Shown here: positions 43,703 to 57,079 of the stretch, piece by piece | How positions within the stretch are numbered: the first letter of the stretch is position 1 | Layout of the letters: each line of letters starts with the position of its first letter | DNA from: Guillardia theta CCMP2712 | Lineage: Eukaryota; Protista; Cryptophyta | DNA: 64,000 nt | Reading direction: 5' to 3' | Assembly (NCBI RefSeq): GCF_000315625.1 | Contig: NW_005434651.1 | Location: 634,218 to 698,217 of the forward strand | Program-made: the position numbers and the translations under genes | Notes under the pieces: model-generated | What the model was told of the DNA's origin: nothing | Seen by the model: the letters and a program-made list of their open reading frames with translations, nothing else | The model's database searches: none

Positions 43703-43765
43703 CATCACAATCTTTGAAGGCGCTTCCTGAAAGTCGCGAGACAGGGTCGTGCCCGAGTAGTGTTC
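43703..43765 (+). promoter_or_regulatory. Candidate SECIS element (type II, UUGA core) in the GPX 3' UTR
   Basis: tTGAa ggcgc tt cctg AAA gtc-gcga-gac agg gtc gtgcc cGAg: UGA/GA quartet, helix II (ggcgc/gtgcc, cctg/cagg), unpaired AAA and apical mini-stem. Confidence 0.8.
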
Positions 43766-45100
43766 AAGCTCTTCCATTGCAGGAAGGAGGGGCGGAAGAC
43801 ATGATGTGTTGGAGGTCGTTGAAAAGGCGATTTTCCATCTTTTTCTGTATGTACACTAGTTCATCTTGCAAATAAAATCCATAACTATTATTACATCCCA
43901 TTTTACGTGTCTGCAAACCAAGCAAGTGAGAAAGGACGAGGAATAGAATGACAGGACCCTTTCTCTTCTTGTGGCTCTCGTATCCGTCGAACACTTGCGA
44001 AGAGAATGTGTTGTACCTGTGCCAAAACAGTCAAGAGGATTCGATAATCGTCAAGCAAATACTCGTAGACTCGGTATGCTGTCTCCTTCGCCTCCGAGAT
44101 GGCGGCTGCCACCCTCAGTTGCTGAAAACACTTTCAACTCGCGAGATAGCAACATCGTCAGGATTTTTCACATCCTCATCCATGGAGGTTCCTCCAGCCT
44201 TCTTCCGGTTGAGTGCCTGCAATCCAATCTTTCAGTCTGATCCTCCCCCATGCGCTCCCTCCTTACATGTTCCACTGCTTTCCTTTGCTTCTCTTGTGCT
44301 CGCTGCAGTCAAGGGGATGAAAACGGCGATTTGTCAGGCTGCAAAGCACAAACCTGCTGCTCCTGTTGCTGCAGAAAAGAAATGTCTTCCTGGGGATGTC
44401 CAATCAGGGAAAACGGGCAAGACAACTCATCCGTGTATACTGCAGAGAATTCGTCTGTGATGTTCTTGACTTTCCTGCAGTCTGTTTGTCAACATGGATG
44501 CATCCGTCCCTCAAGGCTCAAATCCACACCTCACCAGCCCCCCCGACGGAGGCCCGCCTCGCATCAGCTGCAACTGCATGTCAGTAGGGTTGCGACGAGG
44601 TTCTCCCCCACCAGCTGCAAATCCTCCGCTGGAATTGCCGGGACGTTGATCTCCTTCCACTTGTATTTCTTCTGCTTCACTTCATCGGCAGCTTCACCCC
44701 CGTCCTCCTCCTCTTGCTCGTCCTTATGGTCTGGAGCTCCTGGCAAGGGCAAGCAGTCAATGGTGGACGTAGTTTGCGAGGGATTCCTGCGACGACCTGA
44801 TATGGTTGTGACCTTCATCCTTGAGACAGGTTGGCTGTTCACTTCTACCGCGTTCCTGAAGCTGTCTGGCAGGACCTCGTGGTCGTCGGCATTCAGCTTG
44901 CTCTCCGTGAAGTCCTGCGCAAAATGGGCCTAAGTGCGAACGGTTTGCTCGTTGCTGGCTCTCTCACTTTCCCTACGAACGACTTCAGGAAATTGTTGCC
45001 CTTCCATGATTCATCCATGTTCCCTGGCAGAGAAAGCAACGGATTCTGCTGACTCTGTCAACGGATCAGAAATCAGCTTGCACACTTGCAAACGAAATAA
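43764..45100 (-). CDS. Hypothetical multi-exon protein
   Basis: Coding-like exons (KKYKWKEINVPAIPAEDL; AAAISEAKETAYRVYEYLLDDY; DELVYIQKKMENRLF) separated by short GT-AG introns. Confidence 0.5.
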
Positions 45101-45350
45101 CGTGAAAAGAGGTAGCGAGATATGTTGGGAAGAGCCGGAGTGAGGTAGAAGGCAAGGGAACAAACCTGTGTTGACGATTCGTTTCCCATTCTTGCTATCC
45201 GATAGATTTATGTGCCGAGAGCTTCGGATTAAGATCTAAGCAAATGACAGATTCAATTCATACACCAGCCATTCCGCAGTCCTCCTGCCTCACACGCTGC
45301 CTTCTGCCTACCTGCCTCTTTCCCTCCCTCCTTGCCTGTCTCCCTCCTTG

Positions 45351-45384
<34 letters not shown>

Positions 45385-45579
45385 TACCTGCCTGCATGAA
45401 TGATCGCCCGGCTATCTCTGCATGACCCCTGTGCCTCTTCCCTCTGCACCGGCGGCATGGTGACCTCCAAACACCAGCCCGCCTCGTCACATGTGTCAAG
45501 GCAGAAGCCTGTCGGGCGGTAAATTAGCCCAGGTGTTAATAGACAATTTAGGCAGGATCCGGCTAATCCAGAGAACTGC

Positions 45580-47550
45580 CATGGCAGGAGAGGAGGGGGG
45601 GAGTGGAGCTAGAGGAAGAGGAGGATGAGGAGGAGGAAGAGGATGATGAAGAGGTGTTGGTGGACAAGGGGGAGGGAAACATACAGGTGGGCGCTAGGGA
45701 GAACATTGCGCTGGGGATGCCTTATGGATATTTACGATTCTAACTGATTCGTCCAGAGGTAGCCGGAATGAAATCATTCTGATTGACCTTGGGAAAAACC
45801 TAAGGGTACATGCCGCAAACAACATCGCGGCACTCGTTAAACTTCGGCATCTATGTACGCCATCTATGCCGCTCGCCGCATGGTCGCTGACAATGCCCCT
45901 CCTTGTCGCAGTCCGTTGCTCTGCTCCTCCTCTGCTGCTGCGGGCCATCGTTAGGATCGAGATGCTGTTTGGTCCCCGATTTTCTCAACGAGAATATTGC
46001 CCCCGGCCTGGTGCAGTGCCAGCAGGTACGACCGTCATCATCCTCCTCGCCACGAGCTCTTGACGTAAGTATCTCCTCCTTGGCCATGACAGGAGTGCGG
46101 CGCTTTCGTGCAGTACGCCACAACGCAATCGTGCATCCTCAATAGCACATGCGAACATGCCATGGCAGACTTCACCACCGCCATGAACCTCGCGGTGAAG
46201 GTGAGGAGCGCACCCTCTGCCAGCAAGCGCTTAACATGAACTGACACGTCAATTTGCAGAGGTTGTCCGTCAGCCAGGTTTGCACGTCAGATTTCAGAGT
46301 TTGTTTCCCTGGGGTCTCGTGTCTGGGAGGAGAGTGCAATCCTGGACCCAACACCATGTCAATCCCCTGCGAGCTAGCTTTGAGGAGGGCGGTAAGGGCC
46401 TGCCAGCGGCCGGGTAGCTGTCTTTCCTGACTGAGGGATCCAGGTTTGCGCTTATCACTTCCCGAGGTGCGTCAACGACTATCTGATCTTCAGCTACGAG
46501 GTGCGTCGCGATGTTGATCTCATCTCATAGCGTAATGACGATGACATGGAATCCTCCAGGTTTGTAGGGAGACGTGCGAGGACGTATCGATTTACTGCAA
46601 CATCACCCTCGATGAAGTGACAGCCCCCTTGCGAATCCCCTGCAGGAGATGATCCTGTGTGCAGGTTGTAAACATCCCACGGTGCACCGACAGGAACTTT
46701 GGTTGTACAGGGGGGGCAGGCATGCTGGGGCTGACGAAATGGGCAACTTTGGCAATGTCCATGATTGGTTGGCGAATCACTCACTTGTATATGTAGCATT
46801 TTCTGTTGATGTATGTCGTATAGATGTAATGAAGGAATCAATCTCAGAAACCTGAACGAGGAACTTCGATCACGAGTCGAATGATATGCGTGATGCCGAA
46901 TCGTTACCAGGCTGCTGGCCCGGACTGACTGACGGTGCAAATTTATGGACAACGGGAGAATTCCAGCGGATCGTGAAACTTCATTCAGTCAAACGGCATT
47001 TCCCACATCATGAGATCTTCGACGTGCGCACGTGCTTGGTGCCGAAGGTAAGAATGTCGGGGAGGTCTCTGTAGACACTCCCTCGGAACAGAAGGATATC
47101 GGAATCGTCTTCCGACATATAGTCTTGCTCACTCTCCGAGTGACCAGAGACGATCCCACGCCTGCTGATCTCGAACAACTTCCTCTTGCTCCTCTGCTCA
47201 CTATCGCCCTTGATGTATTCCGGCGACCTTGTTCGATGCGGCGTTACCTTTGGACTATAAACAGCAATGAGGTCGATCGGAGCAAGAAACGAACGCGGAA
47301 TACCTGCAGGATGAAGGGACATCGATGGCAACAGCTCCCTCTGATTTGGAAGAAGGATGGATGTCTTTGTATGTCTGGTGATCATCCTTCCGTTGTGCTC
47401 CTTGAGCGCATCCTAACAACCCGTTGCCTTTGTCGCTATGCTCCAAGTTTTCGACCTGTGAAGGCGCTGTCGAGTCTCCATGCGATCCTTGCTCTTTCTC
47501 TTTGTTCATCGCAAAACAATCACTCCAAGATGATTCTTAATCTGAAATAA
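45580..47550 (+). CDS. Hypothetical multi-exon protein
   Basis: ATG followed by an acidic tract and many short exons flanked by GT/AG; no family recognised. Confidence 0.35.
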
Positions 47551-48908
47551 AGATGTCAAAAAGATTCTGTCACAAACACCATAATGGCAGAGAGTAATCC
47601 CCTATCAAAAAAATCCTCGAAAGTAGCTACAAACCCCCTTTCCCTTTTTCGTAGTGTTTCATTGTTCAATATGAGATCTTTGGTACCCTCTCAAAACCAC
47701 ATGCTTCATCTTATGGATCCTACCCTGCATTTCCCGCCGAATCCCATAACAGAATTCGAAGCTCCTTTCGTTTTGATTCCAACCTCACCCCCGTCCCCCC
47801 AGGATCTATATCCCAGCCAAGCTCACTATCCCTGTCGGACTGGCTTCTTGTCCTTCTGGCCTCATATTCGAATCCTGCCCCTTATCTACTTCCTCCCCCA
47901 TCGTTGCCTCCTCCCTCGACTCCTCTCGTTCCCGCCATGCCTATCGGGCGCATGAAAAGTAGCGAACTTGTCTGTCCCAATCTCACATCGCCTGAGAAAC
48001 CACCCCACCACTTGCTTTGCTGACATGAACCCCCATTTTGTACCGGAAAATGGGGGGTGATAGGCAATCTTTACATTTATGGGTGGGTAGTTGCGCCCCT
48101 GTACGCTTTTGAAGAAAGTTCTTTTCGGTCACGTACCACAACCACGTACGACCTTCATCCATTACTTAACATACTAACCCGTACTAATTTTGTACCGAAG
48201 TTTTGTATCTGATACAAAAATGAGCTCCCTTATGGGGTGTTCTACCCCTACCCCCTCTGAATACCGGAGTTCATCATACTCTAGCACCACCCCTGTTGGT
48301 TTTTCGAGTGGCTTTACAAAAGGGGCAGTACGCTCCGAACTCCGCGGCAACTGAAGTGACTCACTGAGTCAGCAGTCGCCGGGCCGCCGCCCGGCCCGGC
48401 GGGGGCCGGGCCGGGCCTGGGCCTGAGCTCAGCATTGTCAGGATGAGGGGTCAATGAGTGGTTCTCGCTGTCTTTTCTCTTCTGTTTGCAAACTTCAACC
48501 GTGTGACTTTGAGTAAACATGCGTACGGTACGGTAGTCGGTTTGTCAGACTCAGCTCAGCCTGGCACGGTGGCTGGCGGCCCGGACCGGGCCGCCCCGGC
48601 CGGGCGGCGAAACTTGAAACTGAGGCTTGAAAAGCGGCAGCACGGCGGGCCGAGCTAGCTAGAAGTCAAGTCACGTCTGAGTGGACTCGGAAATTGACAT
48701 TTCTGAGAGGCCGGTTGTGAGCTTGCGGCTGTAGAGACATGATGGACCGTCGGACTGATTCATTAGCAACAGTGTTTTTTTTCTTTCAGTTTATTTCCAT
48801 CCCTCAGTCTCGAGCAGGTCGGTGAAGATTTTCAGCTCGATGGGATTGCCTGGGTCAGCCTGTCAGTCCTGAGGATATGGCTCGGAGAAAGGTACGGTAA
48901 GGAGTGCC

Positions 48909-49083
<175 letters not shown>

Positions 49084-49289
49084 GAAGGGGAGAGGAGGAG
49101 AAGGGGGGGAGGAAGAATGCAGGAATCATGAATGTCAACGATGGCATGATGGCGAGGACGATGACGAGAAAGATTCAAGAGGAACTTCGGAGGAGGAAGT
49201 AGTGGCAGAGGAGATGCTGATGGTATCGATGATGCTTATGATCAAGGAGGAGAAAAGGGGAGAAGAGGGAGGGGGAGGACGAGGTGGTG

Positions 49290-51450
49290 GTGGAGAACAC
49301 CCACCAGGCCAGAACCGTGGAGGAATGTTCAACGGCTTGTACCTGGACCACTTCAGTGAGCACAGGCCCCCTCTCCTCTCTCTCTCCTACCAGTATGCTG
49401 TGCAAGGCTCGAACCGACCTTGCTGCTCCTTCCCGTCGGGATACACCTGAGAAGTGAGCGGGTCAGGATGGGGGGGAGAGAGCATTCTCCTGCAGGAGCA
49501 GCGACCAGCTTGCCCTCCCCATGGACCTGCGAGGTGACTGGTCATCCTCCCCTTTTACAGCTGGAGTCAGGCCTACCTTGCCGTTGACGAACTCCCCGAT
49601 GAAGTATCGCCCATCCTGAAACAGACGCTTGAGCTCTGCCTGCATCTCCTTCGACCCTCCTCCCTCTGCACCTGCTTACCCCTTGCATCGTCCTACTAGT
49701 AGATTCCCTCACTTCTCGCTCCCCCCTCCCTTCCTGTTCCTTACTCACTCTCCCCTCCTCCTCCCTCCTCCCGTCCCCCACCCTTCCGCCCCCTCCTTTC
49801 CCTCCCTCCATTCTCCTCCGCACCTCCCACAGGAATGTTCCTTTCCCGTGCGCACGGCCGTCTTCAAACTCCCCCTGCGGTAGAAGGGATAAGACAGCGA
49901 TGAGCAGCACTGCTTCCTACCTGGTAGATGTCCTTGTTGAGGACGTAAAGCGATTTCTTCCCCTTGCTCGTCAGCGATCCGCGATCGAACCAGCCGGAGT
50001 ACCTGCGGCCAGACGTCAGAGCAGGGACTTCCTCTTCCTCCCTCTCCGCGCTCTCACTCCTTGCGGAATTTCTTGTCCGGAGGCCAATCGGCAGGAGCGG
50101 ACCACACGAACTTCCCTTCCCCATGCGCACTGAACGTCCGGCAAGTCAAACCGACCGGAAGGTAGCACAGCAGGCTCCCACCTGCCTTGCACGACCACCC
50201 CCTCGTACGTGCTGGAGGAGGGGAACGAGATTGTGGCCTTCCCCTGGGGAAGGAGGGCGAGGGACATGAGATGACGTCATCGTTATCGCAGATCGAACTA
50301 CCTCTGGATGCCCCATGTGGAACCTGCCCACGAACTGAATTCCGTTCCTGAATCGAACCTGCAGCAAAGGCTGTCACTAGGACGAGCCCCAGCCATGCGC
50401 TTCATTACAGTCGCGTGCCCGTGGTGGTATTTGGTCCCATCCTTGTCCTGGAGGTACTCACCGTCGTATCTTGAACCCGCAAGACAGTCACGAGTAGTTA
50501 CGGGCATCGATCTCATACCTGTACAGGATGTTTCCAAGATCGTCCTTCTGAAACATGAGATCTGCATTGCCGTTAGTTGGCAGCACATAAAATTGAGAGA
50601 GCATGAAGGCCTAAAATGTCTAGAGGACCTTGCGGAACTTCTTCGCGGAAGCACCACATTGACTGCAGATTCACGTCAGCCAGCCACCACAGCTGCGGGA
50701 CGGAGGAAGGTTCTCGATAGTAGCATCCTTACCAGATCTCTGCTCCTGTTCGACAGGATCTCGTACTTGGACAGGCTTTGCTCTGTGGGAGGGATAAAGA
50801 CTGCAGGCAGGCAAGCTTCGCCGTAAGCAGAACACCGCCTCCTCCCGCCCTCCGCCCTCCGCTCTTCTCCTCCACTCACCGGGGTCGTCCGGGAATTCTT
50901 CCTTCAGGTCGCTCAGCTGCTGAACCTACGCAGGAGGATGACTGAGCTCCTGCCCTCATCTCCCACCCGCCATGGCAGCACCTGCTCGCTCAACTTCTGG
51001 ATGACGGCTTCCTGCCTCTCTCCATCGTACCTTGACATCCAAGTCTGAACCTCGCTTCCTCTTCTCATCCTCCACACTCCAACCTGTCGTCGTGGTACGT
51101 GAAGGTGTTGAGCCCCTCCCCACCAACGGAGGAAGCTGCTGCCGTCAGCTGCCGCAATCGCAACTCACGAGGGTCTCACCCGCAGCCAGCATGCCTAGCT
51201 TCGGCGATTCCTCCTCGCCATTGGATGCTGAGGACCCTGGCCTGGACGAGACAGTGCCCTTCTTGGACAGCACAGAGCTCCTCCTCCTTCGGCGAGTAGC
51301 GTTCGCCCCTGCACCCTTCTCCTTCTCCGCATCCTCTTCATGAATTTCTCCCACGCTGAAGCCCATCGTGGGAGAGCAGGGGGTCAAGGGATCGTCAGCA
51401 AGGGTGCTTCATCGTTTCCTGCTCCGTCCTCGTGGCCTGATGCACCTGCA
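49290..51450 (-). CDS. MORN-repeat protein; multi-exon, limits approximate
   Basis: YDGEYLQ..HHGHAT, FVGRFHMGHPEG, STYEG, AHGEGKFVW, GEFEDGRAHGKGTFLW, GRYFIGEFVNGK. Confidence 0.85.
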
Positions 51451-51785
51451 ACATGACAGCAGCGCATGTCAGACCCGAAATTCGACAGGAGAAGGAGAAA
51501 GAAGGCAGGGAGGAGGAGAAAGACAACAAGGATGAGGGCAAAGACTATGACCAACAGGAGCAAGATAACGAGGAGGGGGTCGATGAAGGAGAGAAATAGG
51601 TGCTAGGAAGCATCGGTTTGCAAGACCAGTTGGCGGGATCAGAGTCATCCTTTGTCGAGGGAGAAGAAGGCAGAGAAGGGGGAGGTGGATGAGAAGTGGA
51701 GGCAAGTGAGGGAGTTTGAGCTAGAGCAGCAGCGGGATCATGATGAAGATCAGGAGCAGGAGCAGGAGCAGGTGCAGGTGCAGGT

Positions 51786-51820
<35 letters not shown>

Positions 51821-52383
51821 TGCATGTGCAGGTGCAGGATCAACAAGATTGTCAGCGTGAAGACTCTGACGGCAGGGTCAGGGTCAGGGTCAGGGTCAGG
51901 GTCAGGAGCAGGGTCAGGGTCAGGAGCAGGGTCAGGGTCAGGGTCAGGGTCAGGGTCAGGAGCAGGAGCAGGAGCAGGAATCTAGGACTAGGCAGTTGAA
52001 TGTTTTATACCTGTTATGAAATAATTGTATAATTATATCATTTATGGGGTTGGTTATACAAAACAACTCATAATCTCATAATCTTAAGCGCCCGATCGCT
52101 CCGACCATCGCAAGGACCTGGTTTGGGAGGAGAAACAAGGAGAGAGGAAGGGAGAGGAAGGGAGAGGAAGGGAGAGGAAGGGAGATAAGCTGCAACACGA
52201 GCATCGAAGTATGACATACATAACATGCTGTCTTCCCCTCGGTTTGGTGTAGCACAGATATGATCTGGATCAGAACAACGAGGATACAAGACCCGCTAAA
52301 TTGCTTGGTTTCTCCTCCTCGCACAGGGGATGAGATCTAGCACTTGTGAGCCGTTCGTCTGAGTACAGGGGATTGCCGAAAAC

Positions 52384-54527
52384 ATGGCGAGTGGCCTGAG
52401 GCTGGCGAGCATTCTTGTGTTCATTTCGCTCTGCACATGTGGAGAAGGAGCAGAAGACGAGCTCAAGTGCAGGATCGAGTTCCTGGAGCCTTCCATGGGG
52501 CAGGTAGTGCAGAATGAGGACGCAGTCTTGGAGTACCAGCTCGTGGACTGTGTCGGATTCTCGGAAGAGGAGAGTGTTGTGGTTGAGCTGGATGGACGAG
52601 AGGTGGCGCGGTTCGCTGCTCCTGCCATGAGCGTCTCGTTGCGATCCATACTTGCCGGGCACCACAGCCTCTTCCTCCAGATCCAGCCCTGCAGCGCCTG
52701 CGCGTTCAGCGTGAACGGGTCGGTCTTCTTCACGACCAGGATCGCGTCAAGTGCGATGATGGATCGCCAAGTGCTCGCTATGGTAGAGGAGCGGACCTTG
52801 CGGCAGTATTTTCTGCTGTCCTCGCAACGACCCTCGCATGCCGTCCAGCTGACGGCGGAGCCTCGGAACGGGTCGCCGCATCATGTTCGGACTTCGGAAT
52901 CGATGGGCCTTGAGAGCATGCTGGCGCTCGGGAGACTTGTGTTTGCGATGGGGGACCTCTCAGAGGCGATCGTCTTGCTGCACTCAGCTACCTCGAGGAT
53001 ATTGAACGGGTCCCAGTCGCGGGAAGGAGAGGAGTTGTTGGAGACTTGCATACACTACCATCAAGCTCTTGTCATGATAATGTATGCTGAGAAGCAAGGG
53101 AGGCCAGTGACAGTCGAAGAGGCATGCCGGCATCACTTGTCGATCACCTGGCCGCTTCCTCGAGGGAGCGCCAAACACCTTGAGGAGGAGCGCGTCGGGT
53201 TCGAGGACATGGCATACGGAGTGGTCTCAGGGCAGAAGCTGTACCATACGAGGGCGAGGGCAGTCGCCGAGACCTGGTGAGTGGAGGTGAACGAATCAAG
53301 TTGCGTGTGAGCCGGCGAGCAGGATGGGGATGGGGATTGATGGCCACATCTACGGAGAGGTAGAGGAGCAGATGAAGATTTCAAGGTGCAGAGACAAGAC
53401 AAGCTGTGAAGAATCGCTCTTCACCATCCTCAGGGTAAGGATGCCGGCACTGAAAAATCGTTCGCCAGGATGAGATCTCCAACAGGTTCCGATCCCTGAG
53501 GGCAGCAACAAAGAATGGCTAGAGGCTCTAACGCTCGCAGACAACTTCTTCTCCTCCGTCCCCAAGGTGCGAGGACTGGTTACCTCCCAAGTGCCCGCTC
53601 ATGTTTACTTCCTGCTACCCTTGCGAGCAGTTCGTCCTTGCGCTGGTGGATCTCCTTGTGAAGTATCCCCACAAGAAATGGTTCTACCTTGCCGGCTGCG
53701 ACACGTTCATCCTCCCCAGAAACGTTGGGAAGGCTGTGCAGGTCAGCGACCTTTCCTCCTTCCCCAACCCCCTACAGTCCAACACCACTATCCCCTTCAC
53801 CGCATCCTCTTCTTCTTCCTCGTCAGCTGCCACCTCCTCCCCCTTCCTCTTCGCCTTCCCCTCTTCAGGTTCTCCTCACGCTACCCAGGGGTTGGATGAG
53901 AACGAGCTGGTCTTCGTCGGTGGTCATGCCGGGATGCATTTCGGCACTTTGTTTCTGAGCGGTTCCAAATCGTTTTCTGTGCCCCTTGCTCTCCCTCAGC
54001 TCACCCATCCTCCTCCCTATCTTCTCCCTCGTGTTTCTTTCATTCTCACATCCTCGGATCTCAACAGGAGGGAGCGGACTCATCTTCTCAAGGGCCCTGG
54101 CCCACAAGATCGCTCAAGATGCCTCCTTCCTCCTCCGAAGTTGGATGGAGAAGGACGGCCCTCGCTTCCGCTGCACCCCCTGCGCCGACGTCGCCTTCGT
54201 GCATTTCTCCCGCATCCTTCAGGGCAAGATGGTCGAGCGGCCATGTTTCTATGCATTCTGGCCCCAGTATTACATCAGCGAGGAGGACGGAGAAGTCGTG
54301 TGGCCTTGGGATGTAATCCTCCTCGTCTTCGCCTCTCCTCCTCCTTGACCCGGTGCCAGCAGGAGGCTGAGGAGGCGACTTCGGACGAGCGCGTAAGAGC
54401 GTTCTTGTCCTCTTGCAGTCGCATCTCAGTCAAACGAGGAGGGCTGGGCGTAGCAGCGAGTAAGTGGTGAGTGACCAGTGCAGACCAAATGCATCTGGTT
54501 TCCCTCCTCTTCCCATCCCCCCTCGCC

Positions 54528-54559
<32 letters not shown>

Positions 54560-54721
54560 GTCATCATGCCTACCACCACCAACACCTCCTCCTGGTCCAT
54601 CCCCGTTGACCATCATCACGGCAGGTGGGGGAGGACCAACGAAAAGTGCGAGGAACCTGTTGCCTTTCACTATCTACAACCTAGAGCCATGCGCATCTTG
54701 CACGCGCACTGGAATCGTTAA
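52384..54721 (+). CDS. Secretory Fringe-like/GT31 glycosyltransferase with N-terminal extension; multi-exon
   Basis: Signal peptide; TRARAVAETW, KWFYLAGCDTFI, FLSG|GSGLIFSRAL, ADVAF, PVAFHY. Confidence 0.75.
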
Positions 54722-55899
54722 CGATGGGCAGGAGAAACCCGTCAGGGGGAGATCGCCAGCCAGCAGCAGCCCCTCCGCTCGCTAGCGATCCAGATTCCTC
54801 CTCCTCCCCTTCCATCCCGTGGCAGTGGGAGCTTGAGAGGTGGTCAAATAAAGCTCTTTCAAGACTCGAGGACGTCTGCTGAGGATCATCAGAGCCCGTC
54901 TCATTCGGCAACCTTCACTCACACAAGCGCTATCCTTCCGATGACCCGCTTCTGGTCTGCCGCGTCCCACGCATGCGAAGTCGAGCTCGAGTTCGTCCGC
55001 GCTGTGCTCCATCCCCTCGCAGAGATCACCTGCTCATGCATGACGCCTGGTCTCACTGTCCTCGGCGTCTCTGGGTGAGGACGCTGGCTGGACTTCTTGT
55101 CAGAGCACGGACTCAAAAAGGCGCAGGTACCTCCCCCGCGTCGTCAGAGGAATCCCATGCCGAATCCCTGCAACAATGAGGATCAAGACGAGCTCTCAGA
55201 TCGTTGCTGGTCAGCATCCGACCATTTCTAGGAGTCCTCAGCCAGATTTCGTCCCTGTTGAACCTGCGCAGCAAGAACCAGGGGTCAAGAGCCCCTCCAT
55301 GTAAACATCGGGGAGCCCGACGGGTCACCTTGGAGCTAGCGGGATGTTGAAATCCTCCTCTCTTCGCAGCAGCTTCAACCGCAATGGAGGTACCTTCACC
55401 TTTGTGCATCCTGGTCTTCCTACCACTCCCGCTCCGCCTTCTCCCGCTCCCGTTCCTGCTCCAGCTTGCATTTCAGATGGGCAAGAGCGGCTATCGTTAA
55501 ATCTCAGTCACTGAGGCCATAGGCCGGGCGGCGGCCCGCGGCGGGCTGCGCTCCGACCGTCCGGGCCGAGTACCCGCCGGGGCCCGACTCGGCGAGTCCG
55601 CCCGGTCGGGACTCCCGGCGGCCCGGGCCGCGCGGTGCCCGGGCCCGGCCCGGCCCGGTCATCGGTGCCAGCCCCCAACTTGACTTGGCCCCGGACTCAA
55701 GAACTGATCGTCAAGTGTGCAGCCTCGTCACTGACAGAGTCCGACGGTCATTCCCAGTGGACTCCTGAATGAATGACATGATACTACTCGCCGACAGGCC
55801 CGAGGACTATGGCATGATAGTCTGGTGATGAGACAGGGTATTATTTTGATAGTTCAATGCTGTCATGATGCTGTCGGAAACACTGGAGATCATGTCGTG

Positions 55900-56696
55900 A
55901 AGGGGCTGAGACTCTTACGTAAGCAATTGAAATACTTCGATAAGTATTCCGTTCCACAATTTGTCAGTATGCTCTCAAAGGAGTCAACCATAACAAAATC
56001 AATCAAGTTCAGGTACTTCGCTTTCATGTTTCATTACTCGTGAAAAGGCTGGAGGTCAAACAATTATGTATATCTGGGATGGAATCAATAATTAGAGTGC
56101 AAGATGGCTGTTGGATTCGAGAAGACTGCGAGTTTTTCACGAGCGGACACCTCAAGTCGCGAAAGAGCAATAAGCAGTGATAGCAACACCTACGGCGATC
56201 AAGGCCACCACTGGAATGAACCAAACCATCTGTGGGAACTCCGTCGATGGATGTTCGTTGCCTCCCTCCATGCCATTGCTTCCTATCAGCTTTTTCCTGT
56301 GAAGAAGAACAGAAGATGTCACAAACCTGAGAACACTACAGAACAAACGATCATTGCTCACCAGAAACCGGCTCTTGCATCGTCATCGTCATCGTCGTCA
56401 TCATCACTGCCATCATCCTTCTTCTCTGCTTTCGGTGCTGTTGGAGCTTCTGCAGCGGAGGTCGAGTTCGCAGACTCTGCCGTTCCTGTGCTGTTCTGTT
56501 GAAGCTCCGAGGTACCCATGGCAATGTGGTTGAGATGATGAAGCTTGATATCCTGCATCTTAGCATGGTCTGTCCTCTTGAACGCGAGCCTCAGCTCTGC
56601 CTGTGACTTTGCCGTCTTCGCTCCTCCTGTTGAGGCTGCCGCTGCCATCGCACATAGCAGTAGCAGCGCTCCTCCAACTATCGCAACTGCCCGCAT
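55900..56696 (-). CDS. Small single-pass membrane protein with signal peptide; 3' end approximate
   Basis: MRAVAIVGGALLLLCAMAAA signal, acidic tract, TM VWFIPVVALIAVGVAITAYC. Confidence 0.55.
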
Positions 56697-57079
56697 TGCC
56701 CGAATCTGTCCCGAAATAGGTCTTCACCCACCCCAGTCAAAGGCGAACCCAATGATCCAGTACCCCACCAAATCCTTTCCACCACCCCACAATACCCTGA
56801 AAAGATACAAATAGAGCAGTACCCCACCCCCTTCTTGACACTCGTCTTTATCCTTTAATCGACAAAAGGACTCCCGAAGGAGTCCTGGACCAGCATGACA
56901 GGGGTCGTTGATAGGTTTCAATCACCCATCCAATGGGGCTGTATGAGGGTCTTAAAAAAGAAAAAAAATTCTTCCCGCCTCCGACGGAAAGTTTGTGGCA
57001 CTGCTCGTTTCATCTTCCCGCCATTACAGAGTTTGCGGTCCGACAATAACATGGTTTCGCCAGACTAACATACTATAAC

